Below are positions 1 to 11,206 of a stretch of DNA of 24,000 nt, piece by piece (position 1 is the first letter of the stretch; the number at the start of each line of letters is the position of its first letter). Under the pieces are notes generated by a model. That model searched no databases. It had not been told where the DNA came from and worked only from the letters and a program-made list of their open reading frames with translations. A program made the position numbers and the translations under genes. Source of the DNA: Thioalbus denitrificans (GTDB taxonomy: Bacteria > Pseudomonadota > Gammaproteobacteria > DSM-26407); assembly GCF_003337735.1 (NCBI RefSeq), contig NZ_QPJY01000006.1, forward strand, positions 69,005-93,004, written 5' to 3'.

Positions 1-836
1 TCGGCGAAGGTGGCCATCACCTGGTCGCCCTCCTGGTGGCGCAGCAGGCCGTTGTCCACGAACACGCAGGTGAGCTGGTCGCCGATGGCCCGGTGCAGCA
101 GCGCCGCCACCACCGAGGAGTCCACCCCGCCGGAGAGCCCCAGCAGCACCTCGTCGCCGCCCACCTGCTCGCGCACCGAGGCGACGGTGTCCTCGATGAT
201 GTTGTCCGGCGTCCACAGGGCCTCGCAGCCGCAGATGTCGTGGATGAAGCGGGAGAGAATCCGCGCCCCCTGGCGGGTGTGGGTCACCTCGGGATGGAAC
301 TGCACCCCGTAGTAGCCGCGCTCGTCGTCGGCCATGCCGGCCAGCGGCGCGTTGTCGGTCTCGGCGATCACCCTGAAGCCGGGCGGCATCTCGATGACCC
401 GGTCACCGTGGCTCATCCACACGTCCAGCAGGCCGTAGCCCTCGGGCGTGGTGTGGTCCTCGATATCCTTCAGCAGCCGCGAGTGGCCGCGGGCGCGCAC
501 CTGGGCGTAGCCGTACTCGTGGTGGCTGGAGGTCTCCACCCGCCCGCCGAGCTGGTGGGCCATGGTCTGCATGCCGTAGCAGATGCCGAGCACCGGCACG
601 CCCAGTCCGAACACCGCCTCCGGCGCCCGCGGCGTCTCCTCGGCGGTGACCGACTCCGGCCCGCCGGAGAGGATCACGCCCCGGGGAGCGAACTCGCGGA
701 TGGCCGCGTCGTCCATGTCCCAGGGGTGGATCTCGCAGTAGACCCCCGCCTCGCGCACCCGCCGGGCAATCAGCTGGGTGTACTGGGAACCGAAGTCGAG
801 GATCAGGATCCGGTGCTGGTGGATGTCGGTGCTCAT
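1..836 (-). CDS. guaA: GMP synthase (glutamine-hydrolysing), N-terminal part; gene continues past the left edge
   Basis: Reverse translation from the ATG at 836-834 gives [29 protein letters not shown]...[13 protein letters not shown]...[15 protein letters not shown]. This is a class-I glutamine amidotransferase domain followed by the SGGVDS ATP-PPase loop, collinear with E. coli GuaA from residue 1. It lies 19 nt downstream of guaB, as in the guaBA operon. It is absent from the ORF track only because the window edge truncates it. Confidence 0.95.
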   Translation of the reverse strand, partial: MSTDIHQHRILILDFGSQYTQLIARRVREAGVYCEIHPWDMDDAAIREFAPRGVILSGGPESVTAEETPRAPEAVFGLGVPVLGICYGMQTMAHQLGGRVETSSHHEYGYAQVRARGHSRLLKDIEDHTTPEGYGLLDVWMSHGDRVIEMPPGFRVIAETDNAPLAGMADDERGYYGVQFHPEVTHTRQGARILSRFIHDICGCEALWTPDNIIEDTVASVREQVGGDEVLLGLSGGVDSSVVAALLHRAIGDQLTCVFVDNGLLRHQEGDQVMATFA

Positions 837-855
837 GCGCGGGTTCCGGGTCGGG

Positions 856-3190
<2,335 letters not shown>

Positions 3191-3215
3191 GCCTGGCGGC
3201 AGCTCGCAACTGACC

Positions 3216-3248
3216 GACGGCCCGGCATGTCCGGGCCGTCTCTTTTCC
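3216..3248 (+). terminator. Rho-independent terminator of the lipoprotein gene
   Basis: A perfect 10-bp GC-rich stem, gacggcccgg (3216-3225) / ccgggccgtc (3231-3240), encloses a 5-nt loop and is followed by tcttttcc. Confidence 0.7.
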
Positions 3249-3363
3249 GGGGTACCGCTCCGCGGCCGGGTGCCGGCGCGACCCGACCCCTCGTCTGGCG
3301 CGGCCAGCCGATCGCGGCGATCCCGAATGCGCAGTCGCTCACGCTTCGGTAGACTCACACTCC

Positions 3364-4731
3364 ATGATCCCCACCGAATCCAGCCCGCCCGAGCGCATCG
3401 TCTACAGTGTCAGCCGGCTCCTGCAGGAGGTCAGACAGCACCTCGAGACCGGCTTTCCGCTCCTGTGGCTCGAGGGCGAAATCTCCAACTTCGCCCGCCC
3501 CGCCTCCGGTCACTTCTACTTCACCCTCAAGGACGAAGCGGCGCAGGTGCGCTGCGCCATGTTCCGCAACCGCAACCAGCTGCTGCGGTTCCAGCCCCGC
3601 AACGGGCTGCGCATCCTGGTCCGGGCGCGGGTCAGCCTCTACGAGGCCCGGGGCGAGTTCCAGCTCATCATCGAGCACATGGAGGAGGCCGGTGCCGGCG
3701 CCCTGCGCCAGGCCTTCGAGGCGCTCAAGGCCAGGCTGGCCGCCGAGGGGCTGTTCGACGCCGCGGACCGACGCCCGTTGCCGTCTCTGCCGCGCCGGCT
3801 TGGTGTCATCACCTCGCCCACCGGCGCGGCGATCCGCGACATCCTGAGCGTGCTGGCCCGCCGCTTCCCCGCCCTGCCGGTACTCATCTACCCGGTCCCG
3901 GTGCAGGGCGAGGCGGCGGCGCCCGCCATCGTGGAGACACTGCGCCTGGCCGGCGAACGGCAGGAGTGCGATGTGCTCATCCTGGCCCGGGGCGGCGGCT
4001 CCCTGGAGGATCTGCAACCCTTCAACGAGGAGAGCGTCGCCCGGGCGATCCGCGCCTGCCCCATCCCCGTGGTTTCCGGGGTGGGGCACGAGGTGGACAT
4101 CACCATTGCCGATTTCGCCGCCGACCGCAGGGCGCCGACCCCCTCGGCCGCCGCCGAGCTGGTGGTTCCCGACCGGGCCGAGTGGCTCGCCCGCCTGGCG
4201 GCGACGGAACGGCGCCTGGGCCGGGTCGCCCATGCCGCGCTGGTCCGGCGCCGGGAGCGGGTGGAGTGGCTGCGCCAGCGGCTGCGGCACCCGGGACAGC
4301 GGCTCATCGCCCTGGCGCAGCGGCTGGATGAACTGGAACAGAGAATGGGCCGCGCCCAGGGCCACCTCCTCCAGCGCCGGTCCGCCCGCCTGGCCGAGCT
4401 CTCCGCCCACCTGCGCCGGCACGCGCCCCTGCACCGCCTGCACCAGCTCCAGCAGCAGCGCAGCAACCTAATCCTGCGCCTGGAACACGCCTACGCCAAC
4501 GCCCTCGCCCGGCGCCGGGAGCAACTCGCCGCCCTCGCCCGTGGCCTGCACACCATCAGCCCGCTGGCCACCCTGGAGCGCGGCTACGCCATCGCCACCC
4601 GCGCCGACACCGGCGAGATCCTCCGCGATGCCCGCCAGGCGCCGCCGGGCACCATCGTGGAAACCCGCCTGGCTCGTGGCCGGCTGCGGAGCCGGGTGGA
4701 GGCTTCGTTGGAAGGGGAAAAAGAAGAATAG
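3364..4731 (+). CDS. xseA: Exodeoxyribonuclease VII large subunit
   Basis: The 455-aa product includes VYSVSRLLQEVRQHLE...LWLEGEISNFARPASGHFYFTLKDEAAQVRCAMFRN...GVITSPTGAAIRDIL...RGGGSLEDL...GHEVDITIADFAADRRAPTPSAAAE and is collinear with E. coli XseA. It is divergent from guaBA, as in E. coli. Its TAG stop (4729-4731) lies inside repeat element A. Confidence 0.93.
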   Translation: MIPTESSPPERIVYSVSRLLQEVRQHLETGFPLLWLEGEISNFARPASGHFYFTLKDEAAQVRCAMFRNRNQLLRFQPRNGLRILVRARVSLYEARGEFQLIIEHMEEAGAGALRQAFEALKARLAAEGLFDAADRRPLPSLPRRLGVITSPTGAAIRDILSVLARRFPALPVLIYPVPVQGEAAAPAIVETLRLAGERQECDVLILARGGGSLEDLQPFNEESVARAIRACPIPVVSGVGHEVDITIADFAADRRAPTPSAAAELVVPDRAEWLARLAATERRLGRVAHAALVRRRERVEWLRQRLRHPGQRLIALAQRLDELEQRMGRAQGHLLQRRSARLAELSAHLRRHAPLHRLHQLQQQRSNLILRLEHAYANALARRREQLAALARGLHTISPLATLERGYAIATRADTGEILRDARQAPPGTIVETRLARGRLRSRVEASLEGEKEE

Positions 4732-4952
4732 ACAGGATTTACAGGATTGACGGGATGTTCGTATCAGGTTTTATGTTTTTGGTATTAAGGGGGCCCGGGT
4801 GTTGGGGAGCCTGTGCAGACACTCTCCCCGCGAGGTTGACTGGGGCGGAAGCACTCACTTCGTGGCGGCTCTGTTTTTAAGCCAATCTGCGTAATCTGCG
4901 GACAAACAGATATCCTTTTTTATCCTGTCAATCCTGTAAATCCTGTCTATTC
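4726..4952. mobile_element. MITE-like repeat element, copy A (227 bp, 31-nt terminal inverted repeats, no ORF)
   Basis: The left end is gaatagacaggatttacaggattgacgggat. The reverse complement of the right end is gaatagacaggatttacaggattgacaggat, a 30/31 match. The element is AT-rich relative to its surroundings. Its core aligns by eye along its whole length with the reverse complement of copy B (6567-6791). It lies between the convergent genes xseA and ispH. Confidence 0.8.
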
Positions 4953-4960
4953 AAACCAAG

Positions 4961-5887
4961 CTACTGCAGCGCCTTGGGCAGCGGGAAGACGACGCTCTCG
5001 CGGCGGCCGGGGTCTTCCTCCACGGTCTCGGCACCCCAGTGGCGGAGGTGTTCGATGACCCCCTCCACCAGGACCTCCGGGGCGGAGGCGCCGGCGGTGA
5101 CACCCACCGCCTCGCACCCCTCCAGCCACTCGCGGCGGATCTCCCCGGCGTTGTCCACCAGATAGGCGGGGGTGCCGCGGTTTTCGGCCAGCTCGCGCAG
5201 GCGGTTGGAGTTGGAGCTGTTGGGCGAGCCCACCACCAGGATGACGTCACAGCGCCCGGCCAGTTCCTTCACCGCATCCTGGCGGTTCTGGGTGGCGTAG
5301 CAGATGTCGTCGTTCTTCGGACCCCGGATGCGGGGAAAACGGGCGCGCAGGGCATCGATGACCCGGGCGGCATCGTCCATCGAGAGGGTGGTCTGGGTGA
5401 CGAAGGCGAGGTCCTCGGGGTTGCGCACTTCCAGCCGCTCCACGTCCCCGGGCGTCTCCACCAGGTACATGCCGCCGGGGCGATCGTACTGGCCCAGGGT
5501 GCCCTCCACCTCCGGGTGGCCGGCATGACCGATGAGCACGCACTCCCGGCCGGCCACGGCGTGGCGCGCCACCTCCAGGTGCACCTTGGTCACCAGCGGG
5601 CAGGTGGCATCGAAGACCCGCAGGCCCCGTCCCTTCGCCTCCTCCTGCACGGTCTGGGGCACGCCATGGGCGCTGAAGATGACGATGGCATCCCCCGGCA
5701 CTTCCTCGAGCTCGTCCACGAACACCGCCCCCCGGCTGCGCAGGCCATCCACCACGAAGCGGTTGTGCACCACCTCGTGGCGCACATAGATGGGCGGCCC
5801 GAACACCTCCAGGGCCCGCTCGACAATGGCGATGGCCCGGTCGACACCGGCGCAGAAGCCGCGGGGATTGGCGAGGATGACTTTCAT
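4961..5887 (-). CDS. ispH: 4-hydroxy-3-methylbut-2-enyl diphosphate reductase
   Basis: [23 protein letters not shown]...VRHEVVHN...[12 protein letters not shown]...[11 protein letters not shown]...[11 protein letters not shown]...[11 protein letters not shown] is collinear with E. coli IspH ([19 protein letters not shown]...). I start it at ATG 5887-5885. The track ORF extends in frame to 6004 through an octamer repeat, as described in the findings. Confidence 0.92.
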   Translation of the reverse strand: MKVILANPRGFCAGVDRAIAIVERALEVFGPPIYVRHEVVHNRFVVDGLRSRGAVFVDELEEVPGDAIVIFSAHGVPQTVQEEAKGRGLRVFDATCPLVTKVHLEVARHAVAGRECVLIGHAGHPEVEGTLGQYDRPGGMYLVETPGDVERLEVRNPEDLAFVTQTTLSMDDAARVIDALRARFPRIRGPKNDDICYATQNRQDAVKELAGRCDVILVVGSPNSSNSNRLRELAENRGTPAYLVDNAGEIRREWLEGCEAVGVTAGASAPEVLVEGVIEHLRHWGAETVEEDPGRRESVVFPLPKALQ

Positions 5888-5943
5888 GCGTGAGTGCGTG
5901 AGTGCGTGAGTGCGTGAGTGCGTGAGTGCGTGAGTGCGTGAGT
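5888..5943. repeat. Octanucleotide tandem repeat, GCGTGAGT x7 (ACTCACGC on the coding strand), abutting the ispH start codon
   Basis: Read directly from the sequence: seven perfect 8-nt units at 5888-5943 immediately follow (on the + strand) the complement of the ispH ATG at 5885-5887. The same unit recurs at 11220-11251. Confidence 0.95.
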
Positions 5944-6098
5944 GCGGGCGATGATGCCGTTTCCGGTCACCCATCACCAGGAACGGGCGTGGGACTGGTT
6001 TCACTGATCCCGGGAGGCCGCCCTATCCCCGTCCCTTCTTCCCTGCCCCCCCGATGATACCCGACAAATTCGCTCACCTACAGGCCCCTGGTATCCCC

Positions 6099-6548
6099 TC
6101 ACTCCGGGCAGGCAACCTCCAGCACTTCCACCTCGAAGCGGAGCTGGTGGCCCGCCAGGGGGTGGCTGAAGTCCACCACGATCTGGTCCCCCTCCACCGA
6201 CTGCACCACGCCGGCCAGCTCTTCGCCGGAGGGGGTGGTGAAGCCGACCACGAGGCCGGGCTCGGGGTCCATCTCCCCCGGAAACCCGGACCGCGCCAGG
6301 GTGTGCAGGTTGTCCGGATCGGGATAGCCGTAGCCCTCGCCCGGGCCGATCTCGAACGCCCGGGTCTCCCCCGACCGCAAGCCCTCGAGCGTCCGCTCGA
6401 TACCTTCCACCAGGGTTCCGTCGCCCACTGTGAACTCCAGCGGCTCGCCGCCGAAGCTGCTCTCCACCAGTGTGCCGTCCTCCAGGTGGATGGCGAAGTG
6501 CATCACCACCCGGCACCCGGAACGGATACCTTCGCCCTTCTCGGTCAT
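6099..6548 (-). CDS. fkpB: FKBP-type peptidyl-prolyl cis-trans isomerase (SlpA/FkpB type)
   Basis: The 149-aa product includes VVMHFAIHLEDGTLVESSF...PLEFTVGDGTLVEGIERTLEGLRSGE...DFSHPLAGHQLRFEVEVLEV, an FKBP domain with an insert-in-flap. It has a good SD (tcAGGAGtcgagATG). It occupies the canonical position between lspA and ispH. Confidence 0.9.
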   Translation of the reverse strand: MTEKGEGIRSGCRVVMHFAIHLEDGTLVESSFGGEPLEFTVGDGTLVEGIERTLEGLRSGETRAFEIGPGEGYGYPDPDNLHTLARSGFPGEMDPEPGLVVGFTTPSGEELAGVVQSVEGDQIVVDFSHPLAGHQLRFEVEVLEVACPE

Positions 6549-6566
6549 CTCGACTCCTGATTTTCT

Positions 6567-6791
6567 AATAGACAGGATTTACAGGAAAAAAAGAAAAATA
6601 CCTGTTTGTCCGCAGATTACGCCGATTACGCAGATTGGTTGAATACAGAGCCGCCGCGAAGTGAATGCCTCCGTCTCCGCCAACCTCGTGGGGAGTGCGT
6701 CTGCACAGACTCCCCCAACACCCGCCTCCTTAATACCCAATACCTAAACCTGATAAAAACATCCTGTTAATCCCGTCAATCCTGTCTATTC
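6567..6791. mobile_element. MITE-like repeat element, copy B (225 bp), inverted relative to copy A
   Basis: The ends are aatagacaggatttacagga... and ...atcctgttaatcccgtcaatcctgtctattc. The reverse complement aligns with copy A along its whole length, with substitutions and small indels. One terminal 9-mer is missing and one internal TAATCTGCG-like 9-mer is extra. It lies between lspA and fkpB, 18 nt upstream of the fkpB ATG, and overlaps the last codons of lspA. Confidence 0.8.
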
Positions 6792-7267
6792 GTCTTTTCG
6801 TCTGCCGCCCGGCGGCCGCCGAAGAGCCCTTCCCACACCAGCAGGGCCGCCCCCACGGTGATGGCGCTGTCGGCGAGGTTGAAGGCCGGCCAGTGCCAGT
6901 CGGCCACGTAGATGTCGATGAAGTCCACCACGTAGCCGTAGACGAGGCGGTCCCAGAGGTTGCCGATGGCGCCGCCGATGACCAGCGCCAGGCCCGCGGC
7001 GCTGAGCACCTCGGCGCGGGTCAGCCGCCGCAGCCAGAAGGTCAGCGCGACGCTCAGCGCCAGGGCCAGCAGGCTCAGCCCCCAGCGCTGCCAGCCGCCG
7101 GCATTGCTGAGGAAGCTGAACGCTGCGCCGGTGTTGAACATCAGGGTGAGGTTGAAGCCCGGCACCAGCGGCACCGCCTCGTAGGGCGCCAGGCGTTCGA
7201 GGGCGAGCCACTTGCTCGCCTGGTCCAGGGCGACGAGCAGCGTCGAGAGCCAGAGCCAGCGCAGCAC
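6776..7267 (-). CDS. lspA: Lipoprotein signal peptidase (signal peptidase II)
   Basis: The 163-aa product includes LRWLWLSTLLVALDQASKW...NTGAAFSFL...GGWQRW...IGGAIGNLWDRL..GYVVDFID...WPAFNLADSAI and is collinear with E. coli LspA. It uses a GTG start at 7267, and an in-frame TGA lies 9 nt upstream, so no longer form is possible. The last codons (..NRQD) and the stop lie within element B. Confidence 0.92.
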   Translation of the reverse strand: MLRWLWLSTLLVALDQASKWLALERLAPYEAVPLVPGFNLTLMFNTGAAFSFLSNAGGWQRWGLSLLALALSVALTFWLRRLTRAEVLSAAGLALVIGGAIGNLWDRLVYGYVVDFIDIYVADWHWPAFNLADSAITVGAALLVWEGLFGGRRAADEKTNRQD

Positions 7268-7276
7268 CTTGGCGCC

Positions 7277-10132
7277 TCAGGCGAAGCGGCGCTGTTCGCC
7301 GGCGCCGGCCACGTTCTCCACGCAGCGGCCGCACAGCTCCGGGTGGTCCGCGTTCGTCCCCACGTCGGCGCGGCGGTGCCAGCAGCGTACGCACTTCTCG
7401 TGCCCGCTGCGCCGGGCGAGAATCCAGAGACCCTCGACCTCGCCCGCGGCCACCGCTTCACCGGCACGCTGCGCTGCCGGCTGCACCCGGGCCTCCGAGG
7501 TGATGAGCACGAAGCGCAGCTCCTCGCCCAGCTGTTCCAGCTCGCCGGCCAGCGACCCATCGGCATACAGCGTCACCTCGGCGTCCAGCCCGGAGCCGAT
7601 GGCGCCCTCGTTGCGCAGCCGCTCCAGCTCCTTGTTCACCGCGTCGCGGATCCCCTCCATCCGCTCCCAGAAGTCGCGCCCCAGCACGGTCGCCTCCTCC
7701 AGCGGATAGAGCCCTTCGTACCAGGTGGCCAGGAACACCGACTCCTCGCGCGCGCCGGGGATGTGCTGCCAGATCTCCTCGGCGGTGAAGCTGAGGATCG
7801 GCGCCAGCCAGCGCACCAGCGCCTCGATGATGTGGTACATGGCCGTCTGCGCCGAGCGCCGCGCGCGGCTGTCGGCCTGGGTGGTGTACTGGCGGTCCTT
7901 GATGATGTCGAGATAGAAGGCGCCCAGGTCCACCGCGCAGAAGTTGTGCACCTTCTGGTAGATGACGTGGAACTGGTAGTCGCGGTAGGCCTGCTCCACT
8001 TCCTGCTGCAGGCGCCAGGCGCGGTCCACGGCCCAGCGGTCCAGGGCCAGCAGCGCCTCCGGCGGCAGGGTGTCGCGGGCCGGCTCGAAGCCCTTCAGGT
8101 TGGCCAGCAGGAAGCGGGCGGTGTTGCGCAGACGCCGGTAGGCGTCGGACATGCGCTTGAGGATCTCGTCGGAGACGCTCATCTCGCCGGCGTAGTCGGT
8201 GGAGGCCACCCACAGCCGCAGCACGTCGGCGCCGAGGGTGTCCACCACCTTCTGGGGCGCGATCACGTTGCCCAGGGACTTGGACATCTTGCGGCCCTTG
8301 GCGTCCACGGTGAAGCCGTGGGTGAGAACGCCGCGATAGGGCGCCACGCCGCGCATGGCGATGGAGGCCAGCAGCGAGGACTGGAACCAGCCGCGGTGCT
8401 GGTCGGAGCCCTCCAGGTAGAGGTCGGCGGGGAAGCCGAGCTCGGGGCGGCGGTCGAGCACGCTGGCATGGGTGGTGCCGGAGTCGAACCAGACATCGAG
8501 AATGTCGGTCACTTTTTCGTAATCGGCCGCCGCCTCGCCCAGCAGCTCGGCCGGCTCCAGCTCGAACCAGGCGTCCACGCCCCTCTCCTCCACCCGCGCG
8601 GCCACCGCCTCGATGAGCCGCGGCGTGTCGGGATGCAGCTCTCCGGTCACGCGATGGACGAACAGCGCCAGGGGCACGCCCCAGTTGCGCTGGCGGGAGA
8701 TGCACCAGTCGGGGCGGTTGGCCACCATGCCCTCGATGCGCGCCTGGCCCCAGGCCGGAGTGAAATGGACGTCGCGGATGGCGGCCAGCGCCTGCTCGCG
8801 CAGCGCCTCCCGCTCCATGCCGATGAACCACTGGGGAGTGGCGCGGAAGATGATGGGGGTCTTGTGGCGCCAGCAGTGGGGATAGCTGTGGCGGATGGCC
8901 TCCACGTGCACCAGGGCGCCGCGGGCCTTGAGCACCTCCACCACGTGGTCGTTGGCCTTCAGCACGTGCTCGCCGGCGAACAGCTCGGTGCCGGGCAGGA
9001 AGCAGCCGTCGGGCCCCACCGGGTGGTCCACCTTGAGGCCGTACTTCTGCCCCACCACATAGTCCTCCTGGCCGTGGCCGGGGGCGGTGTGCACCGCGCC
9101 GGTCCCCGCCTCCAGGGTCACGTGGTCGCCGAGGATGACCGGCACCTCGCGATCGTAGAAGGGGTGCCGGAGCTTCAGGTGCTCCAGGTCGGCGCCCTTG
9201 CAGTAGGCCACCACCCGGTAGCGCTCGATGCCGTAGCGGGCCATGGCGTCCTTCACCATGGCCTCGGCCAGCACCAGCCGCTCGGCACCCTGCCCGCCCT
9301 CGGCCTGCACCACCGCGTAGTCGAGGCCGGCGTTGAGCGCCACCGCCTCGTTGGCGGGCAGGGTCCAGGGGGTGGTGGTCCAGATGACCACCGACACCGG
9401 CCCGGTGCCTTCGTGCTCCGGCACCGTGTGGCAGCGGGAGAAGAGCGCCGCCTCGTCCAGCACCCGGAAGCGGACATCGATGGCGGGCGAGGTCTTGTCC
9501 TCGTACTCCACCTCCGCCTCGGCCAGCGCCGAGCCGCAGTCGGTGCACCAGTGCACCGGCTTGTAGCCCTTGACCACGTGGCCGCGCCCGATGATCCGCC
9601 CGAGCGAGCGGATGATGTCCGCCTCGGTGCGGAAATCCATGGTCAGGTAGGGCGCCTTCCAGTCGCCCAGGATCCCCAGGCGCACGAAGTCGCGGCGCTG
9701 GCCGTCCACCTGGCCGGCGGCGAACTCGCGGCAGGCCTTGCGGAAGGTGGTGGCGTCCACCTGCTGCCCCACCTTGCCCAGGGTCTGCTCCACCTTGTGC
9801 TCGATGGGCAGGCCGTGGCAGTCCCAGCCGGGCACGTAGGGCGAATCGAGCCCCTCCAGGGTACGGGACTTGACGATGATGTCCTTGATGACCTTGTTGA
9901 CGGCGTGGCCGATGTGGATGTCGCCGTTGGCGTAGGGCGGGCCGTCGTGGAGGATGAACTTCCCGCGCCCGGCGAACGCCTCGCGCTGGCGCGCGTAGAG
10001 ATCCATCGCCTCCCAGCGGGCCAGCGTCTCCGGCTCCCGCTTGGGCAGATTGCCGCGCATGGGAAAGTCGGTATGGGGGAGGTTCAGCGTCTGCTTGTAA
10101 TCGGCCACGGCACTCTCACACTGTCCAGTCAT
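7277..10132 (-). CDS. ileS: Isoleucine--tRNA ligase
   Basis: [26 protein letters not shown]..., the HIGH motif ([15 protein letters not shown]), KMSKS, and a C-terminal zinc knuckle (CVRCWH...CGRCVENV) are collinear with E. coli IleS. I give the start as ATG 10132. A GTG at 10108, giving (M)ADYKQTL, aligns better with the E. coli N-terminus and is an equally plausible start. Confidence 0.93.
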   Translation of the reverse strand: MTGQCESAVADYKQTLNLPHTDFPMRGNLPKREPETLARWEAMDLYARQREAFAGRGKFILHDGPPYANGDIHIGHAVNKVIKDIIVKSRTLEGLDSPYVPGWDCHGLPIEHKVEQTLGKVGQQVDATTFRKACREFAAGQVDGQRRDFVRLGILGDWKAPYLTMDFRTEADIIRSLGRIIGRGHVVKGYKPVHWCTDCGSALAEAEVEYEDKTSPAIDVRFRVLDEAALFSRCHTVPEHEGTGPVSVVIWTTTPWTLPANEAVALNAGLDYAVVQAEGGQGAERLVLAEAMVKDAMARYGIERYRVVAYCKGADLEHLKLRHPFYDREVPVILGDHVTLEAGTGAVHTAPGHGQEDYVVGQKYGLKVDHPVGPDGCFLPGTELFAGEHVLKANDHVVEVLKARGALVHVEAIRHSYPHCWRHKTPIIFRATPQWFIGMEREALREQALAAIRDVHFTPAWGQARIEGMVANRPDWCISRQRNWGVPLALFVHRVTGELHPDTPRLIEAVAARVEERGVDAWFELEPAELLGEAAADYEKVTDILDVWFDSGTTHASVLDRRPELGFPADLYLEGSDQHRGWFQSSLLASIAMRGVAPYRGVLTHGFTVDAKGRKMSKSLGNVIAPQKVVDTLGADVLRLWVASTDYAGEMSVSDEILKRMSDAYRRLRNTARFLLANLKGFEPARDTLPPEALLALDRWAVDRAWRLQQEVEQAYRDYQFHVIYQKVHNFCAVDLGAFYLDIIKDRQYTTQADSRARRSAQTAMYHIIEALVRWLAPILSFTAEEIWQHIPGAREESVFLATWYEGLYPLEEATVLGRDFWERMEGIRDAVNKELERLRNEGAIGSGLDAEVTLYADGSLAGELEQLGEELRFVLITSEARVQPAAQRAGEAVAAGEVEGLWILARRSGHEKCVRCWHRRADVGTNADHPELCGRCVENVAGAGEQRRFA

Positions 10133-10162
10133 TGGGAGGGAACGGGCGTTCCGCCCCCGCAT

Positions 10163-11101
10163 TCATCGCCCGTAACGCTCCCTGAAGAAGGCCCGCGCCT
10201 GGTCGGCATCGCGCAGGATCTGCCCCTTCAGGGCCTCGAAGGATTCGAACCGGCGCTCCTCGCGCAGGCGGTGGACGAAATCCACCTGCACGTAGCGCCC
10301 GTAGATGTCGCCGCTGAAGTCGAACAGGTGCACCTCCAGCAGGCTGCGGGTCCCGTCCACGGTGGGGCGGGAACCCACGTTCGCCACCCCCGCCACCGGC
10401 TCCTCGTCGAGCCCGAACATCTCCACGGCGTAGACGCCCAGCACCGGGGTCTTCTGCCGGTGCAGGTGGATGTTGGCGGTGGGAAAGCCGATGGAGCGGC
10501 CGCGCTTGTCGCCATGGGCCACCCGGCCGCACATCCGGTAGGGCCGGCCCAGCAACTTCTCCGCGGCCGCCAGGTCGCCCGCCGCCAGGGCCTCGCGGAT
10601 GCGGGTGCTGCTCACCCGATCCCCGTCGACCCCGAAGGTGTGCATGTTCACCACCTGGAAACCGCGCTCGTGCCCGGCCGCCTCGAGCATGGCGAAATTG
10701 CCGCGACGCCCCGCCCCGAAGTGGAAATCGTCCCCCACCACCAGGTAGCGCACACCCAGCGCGTCCACCAGCAACTCCCGGATGAACGCCTCCGCGGGCA
10801 TCGCCGCCAGCTCCGCATCGAAGCGCAGGGTGAGCACCCGGTCCACGGCGAATCGCCGCAGGGCCTGGATCTTCTCGCGGAACCGGGTCAGCCGCGCCGG
10901 CGCCTGGCCGGGACGGAAGTACTCCAGCGGATAGGGCTCGAAGGTGATGACCATCGACGGCAGCGCCAGCTCCCCGGCCCGCTCCGCCAGCCGCCCCAGG
11001 ACCGCCTGGTGGCCGAGATGGACGCCATCGAAGTTGCCGATGGTGGCCACGCAGCCCTGGTGCACGGGGCGGAGATTGTGGATGCCGCGGATGAGTTCCA
11101 T
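10163..11101 (-). CDS. ribF: Bifunctional riboflavin kinase / FMN adenylyltransferase
   Basis: MELIRGIHNL...ATIGNFDGVHLGHQAV...VITFEPYPLEYF...GDDFHFG...GRSIGFPTANI...GVANVGSRPTV...LEVHLFDF is collinear with E. coli RibF (MKLIRGIHNL...). An alternative ATG lies 14 codons upstream, at 11143. The rest of track ORF 10163..12550 is out-of-frame read-through of murJ. Confidence 0.9.
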   Translation of the reverse strand: MELIRGIHNLRPVHQGCVATIGNFDGVHLGHQAVLGRLAERAGELALPSMVITFEPYPLEYFRPGQAPARLTRFREKIQALRRFAVDRVLTLRFDAELAAMPAEAFIRELLVDALGVRYLVVGDDFHFGAGRRGNFAMLEAAGHERGFQVVNMHTFGVDGDRVSSTRIREALAAGDLAAAEKLLGRPYRMCGRVAHGDKRGRSIGFPTANIHLHRQKTPVLGVYAVEMFGLDEEPVAGVANVGSRPTVDGTRSLLEVHLFDFSGDIYGRYVQVDFVHRLREERRFESFEALKGQILRDADQARAFFRERYGR

Positions 11102-11168
11102 GACCTCGAACCGGATCTGTTCAGCACTGCCCGCCACCGGCATCCCGGAACGGCGCTCAAAAGGGGAA

Positions 11169-11196
11169 AGTATAAGGGAGTTGCCTTCCCTGTCAC
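11169..11196 (-). promoter_or_regulatory. Candidate sigma70 promoter for ribF-ileS (GTGACA-16-TATACT)
   Basis: On the - strand the sequence reads cctGTGACAgggaaggcaactccctTATACTttcc. The -35 is at 11196-11191 and the -10 at 11174-11169, about 25 nt upstream of the alternative ribF start and about 70 nt upstream of the MELIRG start. Sequence-only prediction. Confidence 0.35.
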
Positions 11197-11206
11197 AGGT
11201 CCTGCG

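Noticed and set aside
3270-4443. Overlapping 353-aa (+) and 362-aa (-) ORFs across xseA
   Set aside because: These are alternative-frame and antisense products of the xseA region with Arg/Pro/Gly/Ala-rich junk composition. The xseA frame has clear full-length homology.
5888-5943. Whether the GCGTGAGT arrays (here and at 11220-11251) could be a CRISPR array or a coding repeat
   Set aside because: The units are contiguous 8-mers with no spacers, so this is not a CRISPR array. An 8-nt period is incompatible with a selected coding repeat. They are microsatellites in 5' regions, reported as findings.
4953-6566. Interpreting element A - fkpB - ispH - element B as an acquired composite transposon
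   Set aside because: fkpB and ispH sit in their ancestral position and orientation within the conserved ileS-lspA-fkpB-ispH string, so the genes were not imported. The elements inserted around them. Only the potential for inversion or mobilisation is kept, as a low-interest finding.
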